The translations under genes and the position numbers were made by a program. Positions 14,801 through 24,564 of a stretch of 64,000 nucleotides of DNA are shown here, piece by piece. Position 1 is the first letter of the stretch. The number at the start of each line of letters is the position of its first letter. Under the pieces are notes generated by a model. The model saw only the letters and a list, made by a program, of their open reading frames with translations, searched no databases and was not told the DNA's origin. Source of the DNA: Candidatus Binatia bacterium (GTDB taxonomy: Bacteria; Desulfobacterota; Binatia; UBA9968; JAJDTQ01); assembly GCA_963666515.2 (NCBI GenBank), contig OY762897.2, forward strand, positions 1,952,001 through 2,016,000. The letters run 5' to 3'.

Positions 14801-16540
14801 CCAGTTGGACGGCAGCGGCAGCTCCGACCCGGAAGGGGATGCCCTGACCTTTGCGTGGACGCAGAAGAGCGGACCCAAGGTGACGCTGAACGACGCGGAC
14901 ACGGCGAAACCCCGGTTCCGGGCGCCGACGCAGCTCGTCAGCGACATCAGGCTCATCTTCCGGTTGACGGTGACCGCGGGCGGCAAGACGGCGACCGACA
15001 CGGTGCGGGTGCGGGTGATCGCCAGCGACAACGACGCGCCGACCGCGAACGCGGGCGCCGACCAGACGACATTCGCGGCCTTCAAGGTGACGCTGGACGG
15101 GAGCGGCAGCAGCGATCCCGAGGGGCAGACGCTGACCTACGCCTGGGCGCAGCTACCGACGCCGCCGGCGACGAAAACGATCTCGCATCCGGTGACGCTG
15201 AGCAGCGTGAGCGCAGTCTCCCCGACCTTCACCGCCCCCACGGTGAACGAGGAAGCGGACCTGGCCTTCGGCCTCAAGGTGCGCGACCCCGCGGGCCTCG
15301 AGTCCCTCACCGCCGTGGTCCGCGTCACCGTCCGCCCCGACAGCCGGGGGATCACGCTCTCCAAGTCCAACCTGACGGTCCCCGAGGGCGGCGAAGCCGA
15401 GTACACGGTGAAGCTCGCGGCGCAGCCCTTGGCGAACGTCACCGTCCGGGTGGCGCGGAAGGGCGGCCCCGAGGACCGGAGCCTGACGGTGAAGAGACGC
15501 ACCAAGAAGGCCGGACGGACCCTGACCTTCACGACCTCGAACTGGAACTCCGGCCAGACCGTGAAGATCCGGGCCGCGGAGGACGACGACGGCGACAACG
15601 GAACGGCGAAGTTCATCCACACCGCGAGCGGCGGCGGCTACGGCGGCATCACCGCCCAGCTCACGGCCACCGAGAGCGACAACGACACCGCGGGCATCGT
15701 CCTCTCGACCGCCAGTCTCACGGTCACCGAGGGTTCTACCAAGGACTACAAGGTCAGGCTCGCCACCAAGCCCAGCGACGACGTCACCGTCACCGTCGCC
15801 CGAAAGACCACCGGCAGCCAGGACTCCGACATCAGCATCAAGACCGGCAGCTCGCTCACCTTCACCACCTCGAACTGGAACACCGACCAGACCGTCACCC
15901 TGGAAGCGGATGAGGACCACGACGGCGAGGACGGCACCGCAGTCATCAAGCACACCGCCTCCGGCGGCGGCTACGGTTCGATCACCGCCGATCTCACCGC
16001 CACCGAGGATGACAACGACACCAAGGCATTCACCCTGTCGTCGTCTTCGGGCGTCACGGTCACCGAGGGCTCCACCAAGGACTACAAGATCAAGCTCGCC
16101 ACTCAGCCCACCGGCGACGTCACCGTCACCGTCGCCCGAAAGTCCGGCAGCGAACAGGACTCCGACATCAGCGTCAAGACCGGAGGCACCCTCACCTTCA
16201 CCACCTCCAACTGGAACACCGACCAGACCGTCACGCTCGAAGCCGCCGAGGACAACGACGGCGACAACGGAACCGCCGTCTTCAAACACACTGCCTCCGG
16301 CGGAGGCTACAACAGCGTCAGCGCCGAACTCACCGCCACCGAGTCCGACAACGACACCAAGGCGTTCACCCTGTCATCGTCTTCGGGCGTCACGGTCACC
16401 GAGGGCTCCACCAAGGGCTACAAGATCAAGCTCGCCACACAGCCCAGCGCCAGCGTCACCGTCACTGTCGCCCGCAAGACCACTGGCAATCAGGACTCCG
16501 ACATCAGCGTCAAGACCGGCAGCTCGCTCACCTTCACGAC
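2874..16540 (+). CDS. Adhesin segment 2: 18 FN3 domains (~2800-7950), 2 Calx-beta/cadherin-like domains (~7950-8620), 23 PKD-like repeats (~8620-15340), first 3.5 tandem Calx-beta-like repeats
   Basis: Coding part of ORF 1758..16562. The FN3 signature (P..PT.L.A..G..V.LSW..P....I..Y.YR...W..I..S....T..TVTGL.NG..Y.FQVRAVN..G.G..S) was counted 18 times. The frame stops inside the MITE at TGA 16560-16562. Confidence 0.9.
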
Positions 16541-19500
16541 GGGGATTACAAATGAGACTTGACGAAGCAAGCCTCAAGCGTCTTTTTGGCCGAAGCCTGC
16601 GGGATACGGCTCAAAGGCCGGTTCATCCCCACCCGCAATCTTGAATCGTACTGGAATCCCATGTGAGGGTCAAGCCAGGAAGCACGCTGTCAAGTTTGCC
16701 TTGTAAGTCCCTTCACGACCAGCAACTGGAACACCGACCAGACCGTCACCCTCCAAGCCGCCAAGGACAACGACGGAGACAACGGAACCGCCGTCTTCAA
16801 GCATTCCGCATCCGGTGGCGGCTACAACTCAGTCACGGCCGAACTCACCGCCACCGAAAGCGACAACGACACCAAGGGCCTCACCCTGTCATCGCCCTCG
16901 GGGGTCACCGTGACGGAAGGCTCCACCGCCAGCTACAAGGTCAAGCTCGCCACCAAGCCCAGCGACGACGTCACCGTCACCGTTGCCCGAAAGACCGGCA
17001 GCGAACAGGACTCCGATCTCTCGGTCAAGACCGGATCATCGCTCACCTTCACCACCGCCAACTGGAACACGGATCAGACCGTCACCCTGCAGGCGGCGGA
17101 GGATGGCGACGGCGACAACGGAACCGCTGTCATCAAACACACCGCCTCCGGCGGCGGATACAACTCGGTGACGGCCGAACTCACCGCCACCGAGTCCGAC
17201 AACGACACCAAGGGCTTCACCCTCAACCCCACCAGCGTCACCGTCACCGAGGGCTCCACCGCCAGCTACAAGGTCAAGCTGACCACTAAACCCAGCGCCA
17301 GTGTCACCGTCACGGTCGCCCGAAAGTCCGGCAACGAACAGGACTCCGATCTCTCGGTCAAGACCGGATCATCGCTCACTTTCACCACCGCCAACTGGAA
17401 CACCGACCAGACCGTCACCCTGCAGGCCGCCGAGGACAACGACGGCGACAACGGAACCGCGGTCATCAAACACACCGCCTCCGGCGGAGGCTACGGCTCG
17501 GTCACCGCTGAACTCACCGCCACCGAGTCCGACAACGACACCAAGGGCTTCACCCTCAACCCCACCAGCGTCACCGTCACCGAGGGCTCCACCGCCAGCT
17601 ACAAGGTCAAGCTCGCCACCAAACCTAGCGCCAGCGTAACCGTCTCCGTCGCCCGAAAGTCCGGCAACGATCAGGACTCCGATCTCTCGGTCAAGACCGG
17701 ATCATCGCTCACCTTCACCACCGCCAACTGGAACACTGACCAGACCGTCACCCTGCAGGCGGCCGAGGACAACGACGGCGACAACGGAACCGCGGTCATC
17801 AAGCACACCGCCTCCGGCGGCGGATACAACTCGGTGACGGCCGATCTCACCGCCACCGAGTCCGACAACGACACCAGGGGCTTTACCCTCAACCCCACCA
17901 GCGTCACCGTCACCGAGGGCTCCACCGCCAGCTACAAGGTCAAGCTCACCACCAAGCCCAGCGACGACGTCACCGTCTCCGTCGCCCGCAAGTCCGGCAG
18001 CGATCAGGACTCCGACATCAGCGTCAAGACCGGATCATCGCTCACCTTCACCACCGCCAACTGGAACACCGACCAGACCGTTACCCTTCAGGCCGCCGAG
18101 GACAACGACGGCGACAACGGAACCGCCGTCTTCAAGCACACCGCCTCCGGCGGAGGCTACAACTCAGTCACCGCCGAACTCACCGCCACCGAAAGCGACA
18201 ACGACACCAAGGGCTTCACCCTGTCATCGCCCTCGGGGGTCACGGTGACGGAAGGCTCCACCGCCAGCTACAAGGTCAAGCTCGCCACCAAGCCCAGCGC
18301 CAGCGTAACCGTCTCCGTCGCCCGAAAGTCCGGCAACGAACAGGACTCCGATCTCTCGGTCAAGACCGGATCATCGCTCACCTTCACCACCGCCAACTGG
18401 AACACGGATCAGACCGTCACCCTGCAGGCGGCTGAGGACAACGACGGCGACAACGGAACCGCGGTCATCAAACACACCGCATCCGGTGGAGGCTACGGCT
18501 CGGTCACCGCTGAACTCACCGCCACCGAGTCCGACAACGACACCAAGGGCTTCACCCTCAACCCCACCAGCGTCACCGTCACCGAGGGCTCCACCGCCAG
18601 CTACAAGGTCAAGCTCGCCACCAAGCCCAGCGACGACGTCACGGTCACCGTGGCCCGCAAGTCCGGCAACGAACAGGACTCCGATCTCTCGGTCAAGACC
18701 GGATCATCGCTCACTTTCACCACCGCCAACTGGGACACCGACCAGACCGTCACCCTCGAAGCCGCCGAGGACAACGACGGAGACAACGGAACCGCCGTCA
18801 TCAAGCACTCCGCCTCCGGCGGCGGATACAACTCGGTGACGGCTGATCTCACCGCCACCGAGTCCGACAACGACACCAGGGGCTTCACCCTCAACCCCAC
18901 CAGCGTCACTGTCACCGAGGGCTCCACCGCCAGCTACAAGGTCAAGCTCACCACCAAGCCCAGCGCCAGCGTAACCGTCTCCGTCGCCCGAAAGACCGGC
19001 AACGAACAGGACTCCGATCTCTCGGTCAAGACCGGATCATCGCTCACCTTCACCACCTCCAACTGGAACACCGACCAGACCGTCACCCTGCAGGCGGCGG
19101 AGGACAACGACGGAGACAACGGAACCGCCGTCATCGGGCACTCCGCCTCCGGCGGCGGCTACAACTCGGTGACGGCTGATCTCACCGCCACCGAGTCCGA
19201 CAACGACACCAGGGGCTTCACCCTCAACCCCACCAGCGTCACCGTTACCGAGGGCTCCACCGCCAGCTACAAGGTCAAGCTCACCACCAAGCCCAGCGCC
19301 AGCGTAACCGTGACGGTCGCCCGAAAGACCACTGGAAGCCAGGACTCCGACATCAGCATCAAGACCGGCAGTTCGCTCACCTTCACCACCTCGAACTGGA
19401 ACACCGACCAGACCGTCACCCTGCAGGCCGCCGAGGATGGCGACGGCGACAACGGTACCGCCGTCTTCAAGCACACCGCCTCCGGCGGCGGATACAACTC

Positions 19501-22500
19501 GGTGACGGCTGATCTCACCGCCACCGAGTCCGACAACGACACCAGGGGCTTCACCCTCAACCCCACCAGCGTCACCGTTACCGAGGGCTCCACCGCGAGC
19601 TACAAGGTCAAGCTCAACACCAAGCCCAGCGCCAGCGTAACCGTGACGGTCGCCCGAAAGACCACCGGAAGCCAGGACTCCGACATCAGCGTCAAGACCG
19701 GTTCATCGCTGACGTTCACCACATCCAACTGGAACACCGACCAGACCGTCACCCTCGAAGCCGCCGAGGATGGCGACGGCGACAACGGAACCGCCGTCTT
19801 CAAGCACACTGCCTCCGGCGGCGGATACAACTCGGTGACGGCTGATCTCACCGCCACCGAGTCCGACAACGACACCAGGGGCTTCACCCTCAACCCCACC
19901 AGCGTCACCGTTACCGAGGGCTCCACCGCGAGCTACAAGGTCAAGCTCAACACCAAGCCCAGCGCCAGCGTAACCGTGACGGTCGCCCGAAAGACCACCG
20001 GAAGCCAGGACTCCGACATCAGCGTCAAGACCGGTTCATCGCTGACGTTCACCACATCCAACTGGAACACCGACCAGACCGTCACCCTCGAAGCCGCCGA
20101 GGATGGCGACGGCGACAACGGAACCGCCGTCTTCAAGCACACTGCCTCCGGCGGCGGATACAACTCGGTGACGGCCGATCTCACCGCCACCGAGTCCGAC
20201 AACGACACCAGGGGCTTCACCCTCAACCCCACCAGCGTCACCGTTACCGAGGGCTCCACCGCGAGCTACAAGGTCAAGCTCAACACCAAGCCCAGCGCCA
20301 GCGTAACCGTGACGGTCGCCCGAAAGACCACCGGAAGCCAGGACTCCGACATCAGCGTCAAGACCGGTTCATCGCTGACGTTCACCACATCCAACTGGAA
20401 CACTGACCAGACCGTCACCCTCGAAGCCGCCGAGGATGGCGACGGCGACAATGGAACCGCGGTCTTCACCCACACCGCCTCCGGCGGCGGATACAACTCG
20501 GTGACGGCTGATCTCACCGCCACCGAGTCCGACAACGACACCAGGGGCTTCACCCTCAACCCCACCAGCGTCACCGTCACCGAGGGCTCCACCGCCAGCT
20601 ACAAGGTCAAGCTCAACACCAAACCCAGCGCCAGCGTAACCGTCTCCGTCGCCCGAAAGACCACCGGAAGCCAGGACTCCGACATCAGCGTCAAGACTGG
20701 CGCCTCGCTCACCTTCACCACCTCCAACTGGAACACCGACCAGACCGTCACCCTCGAAGCCGCCGAGGATGGCGACGGCGACAATGGAACCGCGGTCTTC
20801 ACCCACACCGCCTCCGGCGGCGGATACAACTCGGTGACGGCTGATCTCACCGCCACCGAGTCCGACAACGACACCAGGGGCTTTACCCTCAACCCCACCA
20901 GCGTCACCGTCACCGAGGGCTCCACCGCCAGCTACAAGGTCAAGCTCAACACCAAACCCAGCGCCAGCGTAACCGTCTCCGTCGCCCGAAAGACCACCGG
21001 AAGCCAGGACTCCGACATCAGCGTCAAGACTGGCGCCTCGCTCACCTTCACCACCTCCAACTGGAACACCGACCAGACCGTCACCCTCGAAGCCGCCGAG
21101 GATGGCGACGGCGACAATGGAACCGCGGTCTTCACCCACACCGCCTCCGGCGGCGGATACGGCTCCGTCACCGCAGAACTCACCGCCACCGAGTTCGACA
21201 ACGACGCCCACGGAATCACCCTCCCCGCCGACACCCTCACCGTCAAAGAGAACGGCGAGACCAGCTACCGATTCCGACTCGCCGCACGGCCCGCCGAAGA
21301 CGTCACCGTCTCCGTGACGCGGACCTCCGGGGACCAGGACATCTCGGTCAAGACCGGCGCCTCGCTCACCTTCACCAACGCCAACTGGAACACCGACCAG
21401 ACCGTCACCCTGCAGGCGGCCGACGACCACGACCACATCAACGGCTCCGCAGTGTTCACCCACACCGGCGCCGGAGGTGGCTACGACGGCGTCACCGCCG
21501 AGTTCACCGCCACCGAGAACGACGACGACACCCCCGGAATCATCCTCTCCACCGGCACCCTCACCGTCAACGAGAACGGCGAGAGCAGCTACCACGTCCG
21601 GCTGGCCTCCCAGCCCCTCGAGAACGTCACCGTCTCCGTCACGCGGACCTCCGGGGACCCGGACCTCTCGCTCAGGACCGGCGCCTCGCTCACCTTCACC
21701 AACGCCAACTGGAACGCCGCCCGGACCGTCACCTTGCAGGCGGCCGGCGACCACGACCACATCAACGGCTCCGCAGTGTTCACCCACACCGGCGCCGGCG
21801 GTGGCTACAACGGCGTCACCGCCTCGCTCACCGCCAACGAGAACGACGACGACACCGCCGAAATCATCCTCTCCACCAGCACCCTCACCGTCAGCGAGAA
21901 CGGCGAGAACAGCTACAACGTCCGGCTGGCCTCCCAGCCCCTCGAGGACGTCACCGTCTCCGTCACGCGGACCTCCGGGGACCAGGACCTCTCGCTCAAG
22001 ACCGGCGCCTCGCTCACCTTCACCAACGCCAACTGGAACGCCGGCCAGACCGTCACCTTGCAGGCGGCCGACGACCACGACCACATCAACGGCTCCGCAG
22101 TCTTCACCCACAGCGGCGCCGGCGGGGGCTACGACGGCGTCACCGCCCGGCTCACCGCCACCGAGAACGACGGCGACACCGCCGAAATCATCCTCTCCAC
22201 CAACACCCTCACCGTCAACGAGGACGGCGAGACCAGCTACCAGGTCCGGCTGGCCACCCAGCCCCTCGAGAACGTCACCGTCTCCGTCACGCGGACCTCC
22301 GGGGACCAGGACCTCTCGCTCAGGATCGGCGCCTCGCTCACCTTCACCAACGCCAACTGGAACACCGGCCAGACCGTCACCTTGCAAGCGGCCGGCGACC
22401 ACGACCACATCAACGGCTCCGCGGTGTTCACCCACAGCGGCGCCGGCGGGGGCTACGACGGCGTCACCGCCTCGCTCACCGCCACCGAGAACGACGGCGA

Positions 22501-23150
22501 CACCGCCGAAATCATCCTCTCCGCCAACACCCTCACCGTCAACGAGAACGGCGAGACCAGCTACCAGGTCCGGCTGGGCACCCAGCCCCTCGATGACGTC
22601 ACCGTCTCCATCTCGCGGACTTCCGGGGACCAGGACCTTTCGGTAAAGACCGACGCCTCGCTCACCTTCACCAACGCCAACTGGAACACCGCCCAGACCG
22701 TCACCCTGCAGGCAGCCGGCGACCCGGACGGCATCAGCCACACGGCCGTGTTCACCCACACCGCCTCCGGCGGCGGCTACGACAATACAACCGCGACGTT
22801 GACGGCGACCGAGGGCGACACCGATCCGGCCCCCGGACCCACGGTGGCGCCGTCGAGCGTGTCGCTGGCCGAGGGCGGCTCCACGGGCAGCTACACGGTG
22901 ACGCTGGCGTACCGACCGACCTCGAACGTGACCGTGACGGTGGCGAGCGAGGACCCGGATGCGGTGACCGCGAGTCCGACGACGCTGACGTTCACGCCCG
23001 CGGACCATTCGGCCGCCCAGACGGTGACGCTGACCCCGGTGGACGACCCGGACAATGCCCACGAGTCGGTGACGGTCACGAACACGGCGTCGGGCGGGGG
23101 CTACGGCGATTCGGCCGACGTCACGGTCACCGTGACGGATGACGAGGGCG
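15340..23150 (+). repeat. Intragenic tandem array of ~23 units: 333-336-bp type to ~21.2 kb, 324-bp type from ~21.2-22.8 kb
   Basis: SYKVKL recurs every 333 bp (19265, 19598, 19931, 20264, 20597, 20930) with near-identical DNA. SY.VRL-type units recur every 324 bp (21263, 21587, 21911, 22235, 22559). Confidence 0.92.
16541..16711. mobile_element. Non-autonomous miniature inverted-repeat transposable element (MITE), 171 bp, 8-bp target-site duplication
   Basis: Left end GGGGATTACAAATGAGACTTGACG vs reverse-complemented right end GGGACTTACAAGGCAAACTTGACA (17/24 identical). Direct repeat TTCACGAC flanks it at 16533-16540 and 16712-16719. The insert is foreign to the repeat unit and has no transposase ORF. 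Confidence 0.9.
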
Positions 23151-24562
23151 TCACGAAGGAGCGGATCAACGAGGTCAAGGAAAGGGTGCTGCCCGATGTG
23201 ATGGCGGTGGCGTCGGCAGCCACGCAGGTGCCGATCGCGACACGCATCGACCAGGCGGCCAGCGGCGCTTTACCGGTGCAATTCCCCGGTTTCGACGCCG
23301 CGTACCAAGTCCCGGATCGAGCTTGGGAAGAACGCTTCGACGAGCCGAGAGAGCCATGGCAGACGCACGATCCGTTCGAGTTCGCCCGCAGGCTTTCCGG
23401 CAAATCGTTCACGTTGCGGGCGTTGGACGACGAGTCGCAGGAGACGCCCGGCGGCATCGGCGTCTGGGGAAGCATCGACTACCGCTCGCTGTCGAGCAGC
23501 AGCGACAAAACCCTGGAATGGAAGGGAGACGCCGCGGCCGTCTTCGTGGGCGCCGACACCCGGGCGCGCGACGACCTGCTGGTGGGAGTGCAGCTCTCCC
23601 AGGACTGGGCGACCATCGACTACACGGAGCGGAGCGGCGACACCCCGCGCACCGGCGAGATCAAGACCCGCGTGACCAGCGCGGCGCCCTATGCCGGCTG
23701 GTTCCCGACGGAGGGGCTTCGCCTCTGGGGAACCGTCGGTTTCGGCCGGGGAAAGCTCGAGATCGACGACGAGCTGTCGATCCACGAGACCACCGACCTC
23801 ACCCGGATCTCCATCGCCGGGGGCGCGACCCGCGAGCTGGCGTCCAGTGACAAGCTCCTTCCCGGCGGCGAGACCACGCTGGCGCTCCAGGGCTCGGTGT
23901 CGGTGACCTGGGCCCTCATCGCGGACAACGGCGGCGACATCGACGCGCTGACGGTGCGCATGGACGTGGTGCGGATGAGCCTCGACGGCGGGTACGTGCG
24001 CCGACTCGCCGCGGGCGGCACGCTTGAGCCGTCGGTCCAGCTCGGACTGCGCTTCGACGGCGGCGACGGCGAGACCGGAACCGGCATGGAGGTCGGCGGC
24101 ACGCTCCGGTACCTGAAGCCGGCGGCCGGTCTCACCGTAATGGGACGCAGCCGCACGTTGCTGTTGGCCGACGACCGCGCGGAGTGGGGCGTGGGCGGAC
24201 TGATCCGCCTCGACCCGGGCGCCGACGGGAAGGGCCTGTCCGTGAGCCTGGCGCCGGACTGGGGCCACACCGACAGCGCCATCGAGCGGCTCTGGAAGCA
24301 GGGTGCGAAAGACATGACGGCCAACGACGACGCGGGTGGACGCATCAACGCAGAGATCGGCTACGGCCTGCCCACCCCCGGCGGCCGCGGGACGCTCACG
24401 CCCGTGACCGGTCTCTCCCTGGCCAAGGGCTCGCGGACCTACAGCGCCGGCGTGCGGTTCAAGAACGCCGCCCTGAACCTCGGCCTCGAAGGCCAGCGCA
24501 TCGACAGGGATGCCGCGCGCCCCGAGTACGGCGTCAACCTGCGGTTGAATCTGCGGTTCTAG
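16712..24562 (+). CDS. Adhesin segment 3: ~19 further Calx-beta/cadherin-like tandem repeats plus autotransporter beta-domain (~23150-24562)
   Basis: Frame 2 resumes the interrupted repeat (FTTSNWNTDQTVTL) directly after the MITE and is the frame of ORF 16910..24562. The C-terminal ~450 aa have amphipathic beta-strands (GIGVWGSIDY, AVFVGAD, PYAGW, LEPSVQLGLRFDGGD) and a terminal F. Confidence 0.9.
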   Translation, partial: FTTSNWNTDQTVTLQAAKDNDGDNGTAVFKHSASGGGYNSVTAELTATESDNDTKGLTLSSPSGVTVTEGSTASYKVKLATKPSDDVTVTVARKTGSEQDSDLSVKTGSSLTFTTANWNTDQTVTLQAAEDGDGDNGTAVIKHTASGGGYNSVTAELTATESDNDTKGFTLNPTSVTVTEGSTASYKVKLTTKPSASVTVTVARKSGNEQDSDLSVKTGSSLTFTTANWNTDQTVTLQAAEDNDGDNGTAVIKHTASGGGYGSVTAELTATESDNDTKGFTLNPTSVTVTEGSTASYKVKLATKPSASVTVSVARKSGNDQDSDLSVKTGSSLTFTTANWNTDQTVTLQAAEDNDGDNGTAVIKHTASGGGYNSVTADLTATESDNDTRGFTLNPTSVTVTEGSTASYKVKLTTKPSDDVTVSVARKSGSDQDSDISVKTGSSLTFTTANWNTDQTVTLQAAEDNDGDNGTAVFKHTASGGGYNSVTAELTATESDNDTKGFTLSSPSGVTVTEGSTASYKVKLATKPSASVTVSVARKSGNEQDSDLSVKTGSSLTFTTANWNTDQTVTLQAAEDNDGDNGTAVIKHTASGGGYGSVTAELTATESDNDTKGFTLNPTSVTVTEGSTASYKVKLATKPSDDVTVTVARKSGNEQDSDLSVKTGSSLTFTTANWDTDQTVTLEAAEDNDGDNGTAVIKHSASGGGYNSVTADLTATESDNDTRGFTLNPTSVTVTEGSTASYKVKLTTKPSASVTVSVARKTGNEQDSDLSVKTGSSLTFTTSNWNTDQTVTLQAAEDNDGDNGTAVIGHSASGGGYNSVTADLTATESDNDTRGFTLNPTSVTVTEGSTASYKVKLTTKPSASVTVTVARKTTGSQDSDISIKTGSSLTFTTSNWNTDQTVTLQAAEDGDGDNGTAVFKHTASGGGYNSVTADLTATESDNDTRGFTLNPTSVTVTEGSTASYKVKLNTKPSASVTVTVARKTTGSQDSDISVKTGSSLTFTTSNWNTDQTVTLEAAEDGDGDNGTAVFKHTASGGGYNSVTADLTATESDNDTRGFTLNPTSVTVTEGSTASYKVKLNTKPSASVTVTVARKTTGSQDSDISVKTGSSLTFTTSNWNTDQTVTLEAAEDGDGDNGTAVFKHTASGGGYNSVTADLTATESDNDTRGFTLNPTSVTVTEGSTASYKVKLNTKPSASVTVTVARKTTGSQDSDISVKTGSSLTFTTSNWNTDQTVTLEAAEDGDGDNGTAVFTHTASGGGYNSVTADLTATESDNDTRGFTLNPTSVTVTEGSTASYKVKLNTKPSASVTVSVARKTTGSQDSDISVKTGASLTFTTSNWNTDQTVTLEAAEDGDGDNGTAVFTHTASGGGYNSVTADLTATESDNDTRGFTLNPTSVTVTEGSTASYKVKLNTKPSASVTVSVARKTTGSQDSDISVKTGASLTFTTSNWNTDQTVTLEAAEDGDGDNGTAVFTHTASGGGYGSVTAELTATEFDNDAHGITLPADTLTVKENGETSYRFRLAARPAEDVTVSVTRTSGDQDISVKTGASLTFTNANWNTDQTVTLQAADDHDHINGSAVFTHTGAGGGYDGVTAEFTATENDDDTPGIILSTGTLTVNENGESSYHVRLASQPLENVTVSVTRTSGDPDLSLRTGASLTFTNANWNAARTVTLQAAGDHDHINGSAVFTHTGAGGGYNGVTASLTANENDDDTAEIILSTSTLTVSENGENSYNVRLASQPLEDVTVSVTRTSGDQDLSLKTGASLTFTNANWNAGQTVTLQAADDHDHINGSAVFTHSGAGGGYDGVTARLTATENDGDTAEIILSTNTLTVNEDGETSYQVRLATQPLENVTVSVTRTSGDQDLSLRIGASLTFTNANWNTGQTVTLQAAGDHDHINGSAVFTHSGAGGGYDGVTASLTATENDGDTAEIILSANTLTVNENGETSYQVRLGTQPLDDVTVSISRTSGDQDLSVKTDASLTFTNANWNTAQTVTLQAAGDPDGISHTAVFTHTASGGGYDNTTATLTATEGDTDPAPGPTVAPSSVSLAEGGSTGSYTVTLAYRPTSNVTVTVASEDPDAVTASPTTLTFTPADHSAAQTVTLTPVDDPDNAHESVTVTNTASGGGYGDSADVTVTVTDDEGVTKERINEVKERVLPDVMAVASAATQVPIATRIDQAASGALPVQFPGFDAAYQVPDRAWEERFDEPREPWQTHDPFEFARRLSGKSFTLRALDDESQETPGGIGVWGSIDYRSLSSSSDKTLEWKGDAAAVFVGADTRARDDLLVGVQLSQDWATIDYTERSGDTPRTGEIKTRVTSAAPYAGWFPTEGLRLWGTVGFGRGKLEIDDELSIHETTDLTRISIAGGATRELASSDKLLPGGETTLALQGSVSVTWALIADNGGDIDALTVRMDVVRMSLDGGYVRRLAAGGTLEPSVQLGLRFDGGDGETGTGMEVGGTLRYLKPAAGLTVMGRSRTLLLADDRAEWGVGGLIRLDPGADGKGLSVSLAPDWGHTDSAIERLWKQGAKDMTANDDAGGRINAEIGYGLPTPGGRGTLTPVTGLSLAKGSRTYSAGVRFKNAALNLGLEGQRIDRDAARPEYGVNLRLNLRF

Positions 24563-24564
24563 GA

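Larger units (their letters stand above)
1..24562 (+). pseudogene. Giant repeat-rich autotransporter/adhesin gene (PKD-like, FN3 and Calx-beta-like repeats, C-terminal beta-barrel), 5' end outside the window, interrupted by a frameshift and a MITE
   Basis: Three frame segments join into one protein: frame 1 (1-2874), frame 3 (2874-16540) and frame 2 (16720-24562). Repeat motifs run straight across both junctions (VTLSWTD|PNDSAIT and LTFTT|SNWNTDQ). The C-terminus ends ...EYGVNLRLNLRF, a terminal-Phe beta-strand. Confidence 0.88.

Noticed and set aside
16870-22800. CRISPR array
   Set aside because: Units are 324-336 bp coding repeats without unique spacers, and there are no cas genes.
16910-24562. 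Independent autotransporter gene starting at GTG 16910
   Set aside because: It starts mid-repeat with no SD or signal peptide and is the continuation of the MITE-interrupted gene.
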